Positions 47,532 through 57,225 are shown, counted from the stretch's first letter. The stretch: DNA of 59,574 nucleotides from Thermodesulfovibrionales bacterium (GCA_044450345.1 JBIOIY010000011.1:1-59574), one strand, 5' to 3'. Translations and numbers: made by a program. Notes: a model not told the origin generated them from the sequence alone.

Positions 47532-48767
47532 ATGGCGGGAAAAGTATATCTTATAGATGTTACCAACAGGGACGGGGTGCAGACCTCGCGCATCCTTCTG
47601 CCCAAGCTCTCGAAGACCATGCTCAATATCTATCTCGACGAAATGGGCGTCTTCCAGAGCGAGATCGGGTTTCCCACCCTTAAACATGAGGTCAACTACA
47701 TAAACGGGAACCTGGAGCTTGCAAAAGTCGGAGCGATAAAAAGGACCCATCTGGAGGGCTGGTGCAGGGCGATCGCAGAAGACGTGAGGCTCGCCTTCAA
47801 AAACTGCCCGGACATCAGGCACCTTAACATCTCCATGTCCACCTCCGAGATCATGATACAGGGCAAGTTTCAGGGGAAGAAGACCTGGAAAGACATAGTA
47901 AAGTCGATGGTCGAGGCGGTGAAGACGGCCAGGGAACTCGGGGCCGAGACCGTGGGGATAAACGCCGAAGACGCTTCGAGGACGGAACTGGAACGGCTTA
48001 TCGATTTCGCACTTGCCGGCAAAGAGGCCGGGGCAGACCGTTTCAGATACTGCGACACGCTCGGGGCGGACGACCCGATCACGATCTACGAGAGGATCAA
48101 GGCACTCGCCCTCGCAACGAAGTTCCCTCTGGAGATGCACTGTCACAACGACCTCGGAATGGCCGAGGCCGTATCATGCGCAGGTGCGCAGGGGTCTATA
48201 GAAGCAGGGGTTGACACTTACATTAATACGACCTTAAACGGATACGGCGAACGCTGCGGAAATTGCGACCTTGTCGCGACGATCCTCGCTCTTAAGTTCT
48301 CGCACGGGCTGAGCCGGAAGGTGCACCTCGACGAGCATGTTGACCTGAAGAGGTCCTGGAAGGTCGCGCGGTACGCTTCGTATGCCTTCGGGCTTCCGAT
48401 CCCGATCAATCAGCCGGGTGTAGGGTCCAACGCCTTTGCGCACGAATCCGGCATACACGCCGACGGCGCCCTGAAAGACAGGCGCAATTACGAACTTTAC
48501 GATCCCGAAGACGTCGGCAGGGGAGAGCCTGAACTGCTCGAAACAGGAAGGATCATCACCACGGGAGAATATGGCGGCGTCAAGGGGTTCAGGCATGTGT
48601 ACGATAAGCTCGGCATACATTTTCAGACGGACGACGAGGCGAGAAAAATTCTGGAAATTGTGCAATACGCGAACCTCCACACGCAAAAAGCGCTGACGGA
48701 CGACGAACTGCGCTTCATCGCAATGTACCCGGAGATCGTAAGAAAAATACTGACGGTAAACGTGTAG
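47532..48767 (+). CDS. Homocitrate synthase / isopropylmalate synthase family (DRE-TIM) enzyme
   Basis: DVTNRDGVQ, HCHNDLG, G.GERCGN, AFAHESGIHADG; no LeuA regulatory domain. Confidence 0.85.
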   Translation: MAGKVYLIDVTNRDGVQTSRILLPKLSKTMLNIYLDEMGVFQSEIGFPTLKHEVNYINGNLELAKVGAIKRTHLEGWCRAIAEDVRLAFKNCPDIRHLNISMSTSEIMIQGKFQGKKTWKDIVKSMVEAVKTARELGAETVGINAEDASRTELERLIDFALAGKEAGADRFRYCDTLGADDPITIYERIKALALATKFPLEMHCHNDLGMAEAVSCAGAQGSIEAGVDTYINTTLNGYGERCGNCDLVATILALKFSHGLSRKVHLDEHVDLKRSWKVARYASYAFGLPIPINQPGVGSNAFAHESGIHADGALKDRRNYELYDPEDVGRGEPELLETGRIITTGEYGGVKGFRHVYDKLGIHFQTDDEARKILEIVQYANLHTQKALTDDELRFIAMYPEIVRKILTVNV

Positions 48768-48807
48768 ATCTTAGATACAATCGACGGATGACTTGAAAGG
48801 AGAAATC

Positions 48808-49011
48808 ATGACGGAAACAACTATAGGTATCGAAGGGATGTCCTGCCAGCACTGCGTGATGAGGGTAAAGAAGGCGATCGAGGGGCTGAAAGGCATTAAT
48901 AAATCGGACGTGGAGATCGGACTGGCGAAGGTGACATTCGATGAATCGCTGATACAGAAAAAAGAGATCGAAGAAGCGATCGTCAAGGCCGGTTACAAGA
49001 TCAAAGGATAA
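48808..49011 (+). CDS. Heavy-metal-associated domain chaperone (CopZ-like)
   Basis: GMSCQHC motif, C-terminal AGY. Confidence 0.92.
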   Translation: MTETTIGIEGMSCQHCVMRVKKAIEGLKGINKSDVEIGLAKVTFDESLIQKKEIEEAIVKAGYKIKG

Positions 49012-49020
49012 CACATTTTT

Positions 49021-49061
49021 GTAGGGGCAATTCGTAAGGGCAATTCATGAATTGCCCCTAC
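49021..49061. repeat. GTAG-type REP (partially duplicated) overlapping the pheT stop
   Basis: GTAGGGGCAATTCGTAAGGGCAATTCATGAATTGCCCCTAC. Confidence 0.75.
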
Positions 49062-51115
49062 GCCCTCAGCTCCCCGCCTGTCTTTTGGAGTATGTATCCG
49101 ACCAGGCCGCCGTGCACCTCTTCGACCTCGCTGTCGGTCAGCGTCCTGTCCGAAGCGCGGTAGGTTATCCTGAAGGCAAGACTCTTCTTGCCCTGAGGGA
49201 TATTCTTGCCCCGGTACTCATCGAATAGCTCGACCCCTTCGATAAGGTCGGACCTAAATCCGGTCAGCTCTTTCATCACCTCTGCCGAGGTTATACCTGC
49301 ATCCAGAACAATCGCAATATCACGCTCTATTGCCGGATACTTCGGTATCTGTATATAGGTCAGCTTCCCGGAGACAAAGGAAAATAATCTGTCGAGATCC
49401 ATCTCGAACATCACGATCTCGGGTTTGTTGATCTTGAGGTCCAATTTTTCTACCATACCCGGGGAGAGTTCGCCTATGAATCCGATCCTTGCCTTATCAA
49501 GCATGATATCGGCGGACTTGCCTTTATGGAGGAATACTTCTTCCGAAGGGACATAGGTATGTCCTTTAATCTTCATCTCTTCAAAGAGGGCATCGACCGT
49601 CCCCTTCGCGATAAAAAACGACGGTGCGTCTTCCTTCCACAACGACGGCAGATTTTCCCTGAAGAAGATACCGCCGAGCATCAACTCCTCTTCCGGCAGT
49701 TGTCCGCCTTCGTCTATAAAGACCTTCGAAACCTCGAACAGCCGGACGTCCCTGATGCCCCGCGAAAGGTTATAGCGGAAATTGTTCAGAAGTGAAGGCA
49801 GAAGCGTGGTCCTCATGAGGGAATCCTCCTGCCTCAGCGGGTTCATGACATTGATATGCCTCCGCCGCCGGTCATTCCCGGGGACCGAAAGCAGATCGAG
49901 ATCGGTCCCGTTCATGAAACTGTAGTTGATCACCTCGGTAAACCCCGTTTTCCTGACTGCCTCTTTGGCCCTTCCGACATTGATCTCTTTCCAGTTGAGG
50001 AGACCGTCGGAAAGCGCGGTTTTCGGGGTCCTGGCGGGGATATTGTCGAAGCCGTAGATGCGGGCCACTTCTTCAACTATGTCGTAATACTCCCTGACGT
50101 CTCTTCTGTAGGGAGGCGGAGATGCAAGAAACCGCTCACCCCTGTCTTCCGTAAGGATACCCACCCGTTCGAGCGTCTTGAGCATCTCGTCCTTCTTCAG
50201 TGCCGTACCCAGCAGCGAATTCACCTTGTCGTATCCGACCTCAACCGAATTCGGTGCGTACTTTTCCGGATAGACGTCCACTATGCCGTGGACCTTGCCG
50301 CCGCCTGTCTGCTGCATAAGAAGAGCGGCCCTGTTCAGGGCCTTTTCGAGAAATACGATGTCTGTGCCCCTTTCGAACCTGTATGAAGATTCGGTCTTCA
50401 ACCCCAGCGCCTTCGATGTCCGCCTCACCGAGGCCGGTTCGAAATACGCGCTCTCGAGAAAGATGTTCCTGGTGTCCGCAGTGACGCTCGACCCCTCGCC
50501 GCCCATGACACCCGCAATCGCCACAGGGTCCCTGCCGTCCCAGATCAGAAGCATATCCGGAGACAATTTTCGTTCCGCGCCGTCGAGCGTAATAATGCTT
50601 CTGCCCTCCCCTGCTTTTGCGACCCTTATCTTTCTTCCTGATAATATATCTTCGTCGAAGGCGTGAAGAGGATGACCGAGTTCGAGAAGCACGTAATTGC
50701 TGATGTCCACGATGTTATTGTTGAGGGACCGGATCCCGCATTTTTCAAGACGGTCTTTCAGCCAATGAGGAGAATCGCAGACGGTCACTCCTGAAATCGA
50801 CCTTCCGGTGTATCTGTTGCATAGACCTGGATCGAGGATTTCCACGGCGACGCCGGATGCAGCCGGTGCGCCCGCCACTTCCATGTCCGGCATCTTAAGC
50901 GGCAGGCCGAAGACGGCAGCGACTTCCCTCGCAATCCCCAGTATGCTCAGGCAGTCAGGCCTGTTGGGAGTCACGTTCACCTCAAAGACAATGTCGTCGC
51001 CGGCAGTATCCATGCCCTCTATCTCAAGCCCGGCCATGGTAAGCCTGTGGGCCACTTCCTGGGGGGACGCGGCGACGTCGACAAATTCCTTTAACCAATC
51101 TAAAGAGACTTTCAT
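49058..51115 (-). CDS. pheT: Phenylalanyl-tRNA synthetase beta subunit (short form)
   Basis: MKVSLDWL start, TPNRPDCLS, FERG, EEVARIYG, C-terminal FDX-ACB domain. Confidence 0.96.
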   Translation of the reverse strand: MKVSLDWLKEFVDVAASPQEVAHRLTMAGLEIEGMDTAGDDIVFEVNVTPNRPDCLSILGIAREVAAVFGLPLKMPDMEVAGAPAASGVAVEILDPGLCNRYTGRSISGVTVCDSPHWLKDRLEKCGIRSLNNNIVDISNYVLLELGHPLHAFDEDILSGRKIRVAKAGEGRSIITLDGAERKLSPDMLLIWDGRDPVAIAGVMGGEGSSVTADTRNIFLESAYFEPASVRRTSKALGLKTESSYRFERGTDIVFLEKALNRAALLMQQTGGGKVHGIVDVYPEKYAPNSVEVGYDKVNSLLGTALKKDEMLKTLERVGILTEDRGERFLASPPPYRRDVREYYDIVEEVARIYGFDNIPARTPKTALSDGLLNWKEINVGRAKEAVRKTGFTEVINYSFMNGTDLDLLSVPGNDRRRRHINVMNPLRQEDSLMRTTLLPSLLNNFRYNLSRGIRDVRLFEVSKVFIDEGGQLPEEELMLGGIFFRENLPSLWKEDAPSFFIAKGTVDALFEEMKIKGHTYVPSEEVFLHKGKSADIMLDKARIGFIGELSPGMVEKLDLKINKPEIVMFEMDLDRLFSFVSGKLTYIQIPKYPAIERDIAIVLDAGITSAEVMKELTGFRSDLIEGVELFDEYRGKNIPQGKKSLAFRITYRASDRTLTDSEVEEVHGGLVGYILQKTGGELRA

Positions 51116-51144
51116 ATAATCATAGCCAATGCACAACTAAGGTA

Positions 51145-51228
51145 GTCATTCCCGCGAAGGCGGGAATCCAGACACCTTCCCCGCGAATACAGGGAACTGG
51201 ATGCCCGACTAAGAACTTCGGGCATGAC
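51145..51228. repeat. REP-like element between pheS and pheT
   Basis: GTCATTCCCGCGAAGGCGGGAATCCAG...CTGGATGCCCGA...TCGGGCATGAC. Confidence 0.8.
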
Positions 51229-51367
51229 AGCTAAAAACCGGACAAAGGAAGGGTATGGGATTCGAACGGCTTTATTTTGTCGGTTCATCGACAAAATACC
51301 TCGGAGGTCCCGTTTTATCGAGACCGAGAATGAGTGAAAAGACTGTTTCTTGTCCATGCCCCTCATC

Positions 51368-52414
51368 CTAGAATTGCCTCAAAAATCTCAGGTCGTTTTC
51401 ATAGAAAAGGCGTATGTCGTCTATCGAGTACTTGAGCATCGTCATCCTTTCAACGCCCATGCCGAACGCAAAACCGGAGTATTGCCCTGGATCGTATCCG
51501 GCCATCTCAAACACCCTGGGATTGACGAGCCCAGAGCCGAGGACCTCCAGCCATCCCGTTGTCTTGCAGACCCTGCAGCCCTTCCCTTTGCAAAATACGC
51601 AGCCGATATCCACCTCCGCGCTCGGTTCGGTAAAAGGGAAGTAGCTCGGCCTGAACCTGACCGGGGTGTCCTTGCCGAAGAAACTATGGATAAATAATTC
51701 GAGTACGCCTTTGAGATCGCTGAAGGACACGCCGGTATCGACCATAAGCCCCTCGACCTGATGGAACATGGCCGTATGAGAAACGTCCGCGTCGCAGCGG
51801 TACACCTTGCCCGGCGCGATGATCTTGAGGGGGGGCTTTCTCTTTTCCATCACCCTCACCTGTACCGGAGAGGTGTGTGTCCGGAGGACCACGTCTTCCG
51901 AGACGTAGAAGGTGTCCTGCATGTCACGGGCCGGATGGTCTTTAGGGATATTCAGGGCCTCGAAATTATAGTGGTCGAGCTCCACCTCGGGCCCGTCCTC
52001 TATGCCGAAGCCCATCGAGACAAAGATGTCCTTTATCTCCGCCAGGACCTGGTTTATCGGGTGAGTTCTGCCGAACGGAACGGATTTACCGGGAAGGGTG
52101 ATGTCTATCTTTTCAACGAGGAGGCGCCTCTCCTGTTCGCCCTCTTTCAGGAGAAGCTCCCTGCCCTTTAGCGATTCCTCGACAAAGTTCTTAAGCTCGT
52201 TGATTCTCCTGCCAAATTCTTTCTTCTGGGCGGGGTCGGGGACCGAAGAAAGGGCCTTCATCTTTTCCGTTACAAGCCCCTTTTTTCCTGAATACTTGGC
52301 CCTTACCTGCTGGAGGTCGCCGAGGTTTGCGACCTTCCCGATGTCGGACCGGAATGCCTCTTCTATCTGGGTGAGTGAACCGAGTAGCTGCTCTGGAGAG
52401 AGAAGTTCATCCAC
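51368..52414 (-). CDS. pheS: Phenylalanyl-tRNA synthetase alpha subunit
   Basis: HPARDMQDTF, LRTHTSPVQ, FPFTEPSAE, FAFGMGVER. Confidence 0.98.
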   Translation of the reverse strand: MDELLSPEQLLGSLTQIEEAFRSDIGKVANLGDLQQVRAKYSGKKGLVTEKMKALSSVPDPAQKKEFGRRINELKNFVEESLKGRELLLKEGEQERRLLVEKIDITLPGKSVPFGRTHPINQVLAEIKDIFVSMGFGIEDGPEVELDHYNFEALNIPKDHPARDMQDTFYVSEDVVLRTHTSPVQVRVMEKRKPPLKIIAPGKVYRCDADVSHTAMFHQVEGLMVDTGVSFSDLKGVLELFIHSFFGKDTPVRFRPSYFPFTEPSAEVDIGCVFCKGKGCRVCKTTGWLEVLGSGLVNPRVFEMAGYDPGQYSGFAFGMGVERMTMLKYSIDDIRLFYENDLRFLRQF

Positions 52415-52422
52415 CGGACGCG

Positions 52423-52782
52423 TTATGAAGCCAGCTGCGTTTTTACTTTCTCGGCAATCAGGCTGAATGCCTTCGGGTCGCTGTAAGCCAGGTCGGCCAG
52501 GGATTTTCTGTCGAGTCCGATCTCCGTCTTGCTCAGCCCGTGCATGAACTGGCTGTAATTCAGGCCCATAGCGCGGACCGCTGCGCTTATCCTCGTTATC
52601 CAGAGAGACCTGAACTCGCGCTTCTTCGTCTTCCTGTCGTGATAGGCGTACTGAAGCGCCTTGTCGACGGCCTCGGTAGCTGTCTTGTAGAGGCGGCTTC
52701 TCCCGCCGTAATAGCCCTTCGCCCTGTCGAGTATCTTTTTCCTTCTTTGTCTTGTCTTAAAACCACCTTTTGCCCTCGGCAT
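52423..52782 (-). CDS. rplT: 50S ribosomal protein L20
   Basis: [29 protein letters not shown]. Confidence 0.98.
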   Translation of the reverse strand: MPRAKGGFKTRQRRKKILDRAKGYYGGRSRLYKTATEAVDKALQYAYHDRKTKKREFRSLWITRISAAVRAMGLNYSQFMHGLSKTEIGLDRKSLADLAYSDPKAFSLIAEKVKTQLAS

Positions 52783-52879
52783 CTTATCCTCCTCAAATCA
52801 GTGAAACGTAAAACGCGGAAAACGGAGTAGCAGAATTCCCACTCCACCTTATCTCACCTAATATTTATTACGTGTTTAT

Positions 52880-53080
52880 CTAAAAAGAATACGGCAGCAG
52901 CTTCTTTATGCCGTCATGATCGCTTTTATGCACGAGCGTAGCGGTCCTCAGCTTTCTCGTCTTCTTTGACGGTTTGCTCGTCATGAGATGGCTCGTGAAC
53001 CCTTTCGATCTCTTGATCTTGCCGCTTGCGGTCACTTTGAACCGCTTTGCTGCACCTCTATGGGTCTTCATCTTTGGCAT
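52880..53080 (-). CDS. rpmI: 50S ribosomal protein L35
   Basis: [15 protein letters not shown]...LLPY. Confidence 0.98.
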   Translation of the reverse strand: MPKMKTHRGAAKRFKVTASGKIKRSKGFTSHLMTSKPSKKTRKLRTATLVHKSDHDGIKKLLPYSF

Positions 53081-53287
53081 TTCTTCCTCCATAAAAATAT
53101 GCGGGCGATAAGCCGCACGGTATCCTCGCGTTTTTTCCGGAATCCGTTGTCCTGGACCGATATGGAAACGAGAATATAAATTATACCTTAAAAAAAAATA
53201 TTTGTCACGGGTACCTTCAGGCGCCCCGTGAAGCGAAAGAGAACCGGACTAACAGGTGCTAAGTCGGTCGCCTCGGTTCCGGCTTGA

Positions 53288-53806
53288 TTATCCCGCTGAT
53301 TTGGGTGCGACTACCATGGTGATATGGTTGCCCTCCAGCCTTGGATTCTGCTCGATCTGAAATTTACCCGTAAGCTGCTGGGTTATTTTTTCGAAGACCT
53401 TCATCCCCAGTTCCGGACGGATTATCTCACGCCCCCTGAAAAACATCACGATCTTGGCCTTGTCGCCTTCCTCGATGAAGCGGTTTATGTTCCTTATCTT
53501 CAAACCGAGGTCGTGCCCGTTAATCTGGGGCCTTACCTTGATCTCTTTCACGTCTATCGTCTTCTTCTGGGTATGCTTTTTATTCAGCTGGTACTTATAT
53601 TTCCCGAAATCAAGTATCTTGCATACGGGCGGTGCGGCTGTCGGCGACACCTCGACCAGGTCGAGTTCCTTTGCGGCCGCGTGACTGAGGGCATCTCTGA
53701 CCGTCATCACTCCAAGCTGCTGCCCTTCGCTGTCGATAACCCTCACTTCCCTCGCCCTTATCTGCTCATTCACCCGTATGCCTTTACCGACGTCTCTCCC
53801 GCTTAT
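53288..53806 (-). CDS. infC: Translation initiation factor IF-3 (AUA start)
   Basis: VNEQIRAREVRVI, PPVCKILDFGKYKY; GGAGGTG-5 nt-ATA at 53806, overlapping the thrS stop. Confidence 0.95.
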   Translation of the reverse strand: MSGRDVGKGIRVNEQIRAREVRVIDSEGQQLGVMTVRDALSHAAAKELDLVEVSPTAAPPVCKILDFGKYKYQLNKKHTQKKTIDVKEIKVRPQINGHDLGLKIRNINRFIEEGDKAKIVMFFRGREIIRPELGMKVFEKITQQLTGKFQIEQNPRLEGNHITMVVAPKSAG

Positions 53807-55707
53807 GTCCGCACCTCCATAGAGTTTATCTTTTCCTGAAGGAAAGATATTAATTCATCTATTCCGAACGGCCCTGAGTTCTCGCCGTCCCTCCGCCTGA
53901 GCATAACCACCTGCTCAGATGCCTCTTTATCACCAATTATAACCGAATACGGTATCTTTCGAATAGTGCTCTTCCTTATTTTATTGCCTATCTTTTCGCT
54001 GTCGGAATCGAGTTCGACCCTTATGCCGCGGCCTCTGAGCACGGCCGCAAACTTTGCGGCGTATTCGGCATGCCGCTCCGAAATCGTGAGCACCGATATC
54101 TGCATAGGGGCAAGCCAAAGCGGAAAGGCCCCGGCATAATGCTCGATCAGTACGCCGAAGAACCTTTCGAGCGACCCCATCAGCGCACGGTGCACCATGA
54201 TCGGCCTGTGCTCCTTGCCGTCCGCTCCCCTGTAGGTGATGTCGAACCTCTCGGGGTTGTTGAAATCCACCTGTATCGTGCTGCACTGCCATGCGCGGCC
54301 GAGGGAATCTTTCACCTTGATGTCTATTTTCGGGCCGTAAAAGACCCCTTCTCCCGGATCGACCATGAAGTCCAGGCCCTTTGTCTCGAGCGCATTCTTG
54401 AGCGCCTTCGTCGATCTTTCCCAGTTTTCAAGACTGCCGACATACTTCTCGGGGCGCGTCGAAAGATATACGTCATATGAATCGAATCCGAACGTCTTCA
54501 GGATAAAAAGGGTAAAATCGAGAATATTCAGTATCTCGTCCTCTATCTGGTCTTCGCTGCAGAAGATGTGCGCATCGTCCTGAGTAAATCCTCTCACCCT
54601 CAGGAGCCCATGCAGGGTCCCGGACCTTTCGTACCGGTAGACGGTGCCTAGTTCGGCATACCGTATCGGGAGATCGCGGTAACTCCTCAACGAACTCTTA
54701 TACACGCTCAGATGGAAGGGGCAGTTCATCGGCTTCAGCTCGTAGTCGACCCCCTCTATCTCCATCGGCGAGTACATGTTCTCCTTGTAGAAATCGAGGT
54801 GTCCGGACCGCTTCCAGAGTTCGAGTTTTGCGATGTGGGGAGAAAAAAGGAGCTTGTAGTCGGCCTTGAGGTGTTCGTTTCTCCAGAAGTCCTCGATCGT
54901 CTTCCGGATCAATGCCCCGTTCGGGTGCCAGAGGATGAGTCCGGAGCCTATGTCGTCGCTGATGCTGAAGAGGTCCAGTTCCTTCCCGAGTCTCCTGTGA
55001 TCACGTTTTTTGACCTCTTCAAGGAAATCGAGATATGCCTTCAGGTCCTTCCGGTCATTAAATGCGGTGCCGTAGATCCTCTGGAGCATCTTGTTCTTTT
55101 CGTCGCCCCTCCAGTAAGCACCGGCAACGCTGAGGAGTTTAAAGGCGGCGATCCTCCCCGTCGATGCAAGATGAGGCCCCCTGCAGAGGTCGACAAAGCC
55201 GTCTTCCTCGTAAAGTGTCACTGTTTCATCCGGTATCTCATTCAGGAGTTCGGCCTTGTACGGCTCGCCCATGTCCGAGAACAACTTCAGCGCATCCTGT
55301 TTCAAAATTTCTTTCCTGACGAAGGGCGAGTTTTTCTTCGTCAGCTTATCCATCTCTTTTTCGATGGCGGCGATGTCCTCGGGGGTGAAGGTCTTCCCTA
55401 TATCGAAGTCATAATAAAAGCCGTCCTGGATCGCCGGTCCGATCGCAACCTTCGCCTCGGGGAAAAGTTTTTTGACGGCATGGGCCATCACATGGGACGT
55501 GCTGTGGCGATAAATCTGCTTGCCCTCCTCCGAATCAAACGTTACCGCTTCGACCACGTCGTTTTCTCCCAATGACTTGACCGAATCGATGTCGCGGGGC
55601 TGACCGTTGATCTTGACCGCAACGGCCTTGGATTTTTTGAGCTGTTTTTCCAACTCCGATACGTCGCCGATATTCTGTTCGCTTCCGTCTTCCCTGATGA
55701 GCTTGAT
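53803..55707 (-). CDS. thrS: Threonyl-tRNA synthetase (probable AUC start at 55707; first canonical start TTG 55653)
   Basis: HSTSH, DLCRGPH, RDHRRLG, KPMNCP, RVRGFTQDDAH, GSLERF. Confidence 0.97.
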   Translation of the reverse strand: MKLIREDGSEQNIGDVSELEKQLKKSKAVAVKINGQPRDIDSVKSLGENDVVEAVTFDSEEGKQIYRHSTSHVMAHAVKKLFPEAKVAIGPAIQDGFYYDFDIGKTFTPEDIAAIEKEMDKLTKKNSPFVRKEILKQDALKLFSDMGEPYKAELLNEIPDETVTLYEEDGFVDLCRGPHLASTGRIAAFKLLSVAGAYWRGDEKNKMLQRIYGTAFNDRKDLKAYLDFLEEVKKRDHRRLGKELDLFSISDDIGSGLILWHPNGALIRKTIEDFWRNEHLKADYKLLFSPHIAKLELWKRSGHLDFYKENMYSPMEIEGVDYELKPMNCPFHLSVYKSSLRSYRDLPIRYAELGTVYRYERSGTLHGLLRVRGFTQDDAHIFCSEDQIEDEILNILDFTLFILKTFGFDSYDVYLSTRPEKYVGSLENWERSTKALKNALETKGLDFMVDPGEGVFYGPKIDIKVKDSLGRAWQCSTIQVDFNNPERFDITYRGADGKEHRPIMVHRALMGSLERFFGVLIEHYAGAFPLWLAPMQISVLTISERHAEYAAKFAAVLRGRGIRVELDSDSEKIGNKIRKSTIRKIPYSVIIGDKEASEQVVMLRRRDGENSGPFGIDELISFLQEKINSMEVRT

Positions 55708-55838
55708 CTCGCTACCTCCGTATAAAAAACCTTATCCGCACCTGCCTGCCGGTAGGCTAGCAATACCATTATATAAGAAACGCAATATCTTACAAGATAT
55801 TATTCCCTTATTTCAACATGATACCGGAGACAAGTACG

Positions 55839-56693
55839 CTACATGCGTGATAGAAATGTCCTTATCGTTTCCCAGTAAAGCGGATTTGAATCAACGCTGT
55901 TGTGATCCACGCCTTCCAGGACCTCTAACGTCCGCGGCCCCGTCCACTTTTCAACCAGCCTCTTCGCATGCTCAGGAGGGATGATCGTATCATCTTTTGC
56001 AGCCAGGGCCAATAGCGGCGCGGCGATCGAGGGAGCGCGGGAAACAGAATCAAATGTATGCTTCAAAAGAAAAGAGATGGGCAGGAACGGGAATTTCTCC
56101 CGGGCGACGCTTGTCAGACTATCATAAGGTGTGACGAGTATCACTCCCTCAACCGCGCGGTTTTGGGCCACGTAGACGGCCACGCCCGTTCCCAAACTTC
56201 GTCCCATGACAATTATCCTTCCGCGGTTAACATCGCCTCTATCGGAAAAGTAATCGTAGATCGTAATTGCGTCATCGAATAAAGCCCTTTCACCCGGCCT
56301 CCCCTCACTAAGGCCATACCCTCTGTAGTTCATCAGGGCCAGCGACCATCCCCGGAATTTATCGGACTCTCCGATGAGATATGATACTTCCTCGGCGTTT
56401 CCGCCGAAATATATAATGAGAGGCGACTTCCCGGCGCGGGAATCCTTCACCATCCATCCCCTGATCGTCACCCCGTCCCCGGCTTTGAGGCTTATATCTT
56501 CGACATTCTTATACCGGCTGTGAATGCCGCTTAATTCCCTTTGAGAGATGCCCTGGGGAAAAAAAATCATCTTGTCCTGACGGACATATAAAAAGAGCAT
56601 GCAGATACATGCCATGACCAAAAAGGCAATCAACATTTTCAATCCCCGCCAAAACCAAGAACCCTTTGAAGTGATCCTTTTCCTAAAATCCAT
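55839..56693 (-). CDS. Membrane-anchored alpha/beta hydrolase (ABHD13/BEM46-like)
   Basis: YFGGNAE, NYRGYGLSEG.P, GRSLG, D..IP, HN. Start uncertain. Confidence 0.88.
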   Translation of the reverse strand: MDFRKRITSKGSWFWRGLKMLIAFLVMACICMLFLYVRQDKMIFFPQGISQRELSGIHSRYKNVEDISLKAGDGVTIRGWMVKDSRAGKSPLIIYFGGNAEEVSYLIGESDKFRGWSLALMNYRGYGLSEGRPGERALFDDAITIYDYFSDRGDVNRGRIIVMGRSLGTGVAVYVAQNRAVEGVILVTPYDSLTSVAREKFPFLPISFLLKHTFDSVSRAPSIAAPLLALAAKDDTIIPPEHAKRLVEKWTGPRTLEVLEGVDHNSVDSNPLYWETIRTFLSRM

Positions 56694-56896
56694 CCGAGAC
56701 CCACGCATAGAGGGGCTTTTCCCTCCTGCGTCCGTTAGAGCCCTCTTGTCTTCATCGTTTGCACTGGACACAATTATATCATGGCAGTAACTACGTAGGT
56801 AAAACATATAAACGGGGTGATATGCCGCGAGAGATTCTGAGGGGTTGAAGATTTCATGCTATCGCAGGGGCGTATGGCGGTACGCCCTTGCGCCTA

Positions 56897-56925
56897 TTGA
56901 CAACTGTCACGTGACAATATACAAT
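56897..56925 (+). promoter_or_regulatory. higBA promoter with palindromic operator
   Basis: TTGACA-17 bp-TACAAT; perfect palindrome TGTCACGTGACA (56905-56916) in the spacer. Confidence 0.8.
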
Positions 56926-56932
56926 TAGACGA

Positions 56933-57214
56933 GTGATTAAGACGTTCGCGGACAAACATACACTTGATCTGTACACATCCGGCAAGTCATCGCGCCTTCC
57001 TCCTGATATTGTGAAAAGGGCCCTCAGGCGTCTGGAGTATATCGATCTTGCCGCTTCTGTCGACGATCTGAGAGTTCCGCCGAGTAACCGTTTTCACGCC
57101 TTGAAGGGAGACCGAAAGGGCCAGTTTTCAATTTCTATAAATGACCAATGGCGGATATGCTTCGGTTTTATCGACGGCGACGCATATGACGTCGAGATAA
57201 CAGATTATCATTGA
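56933..57214 (+). CDS. higB: HigB (RelE/ParE-family) toxin
   Basis: DLRVPPSNR.H.LKGDRKGQ.SI.INDQWRICF...VEITDYH. Confidence 0.93.
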   Translation: MIKTFADKHTLDLYTSGKSSRLPPDIVKRALRRLEYIDLAASVDDLRVPPSNRFHALKGDRKGQFSISINDQWRICFGFIDGDAYDVEITDYH

Positions 57215-57225
57215 GAGGTGACCAA

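Noticed and set aside
47532..48767. nifV or leuA assignment
   Set aside because: No nif context and no LeuA regulatory domain; substrate cannot be determined from motifs.
7648..51136. Track start positions 8517, 10089, 12046, 28245, 39583, 47439 and 51136
   Set aside because: The extensions run through neighbouring genes, repeats or promoters; downstream starts have RBS or -10 support and family-typical N-termini.
53093..53287. L20 leader RNA between infC and rpmI
   Set aside because: Hairpins and a TATAAT are present, but I could not match the known structure with confidence.
443..55575. Long antisense or overlapping ORFs in the track (e.g. 443-1033, 3808-4662, 14328-15365, 45189-46340, 54712-55575)
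   Set aside because: Shadow frames of well-supported genes, with no recognisable motifs.
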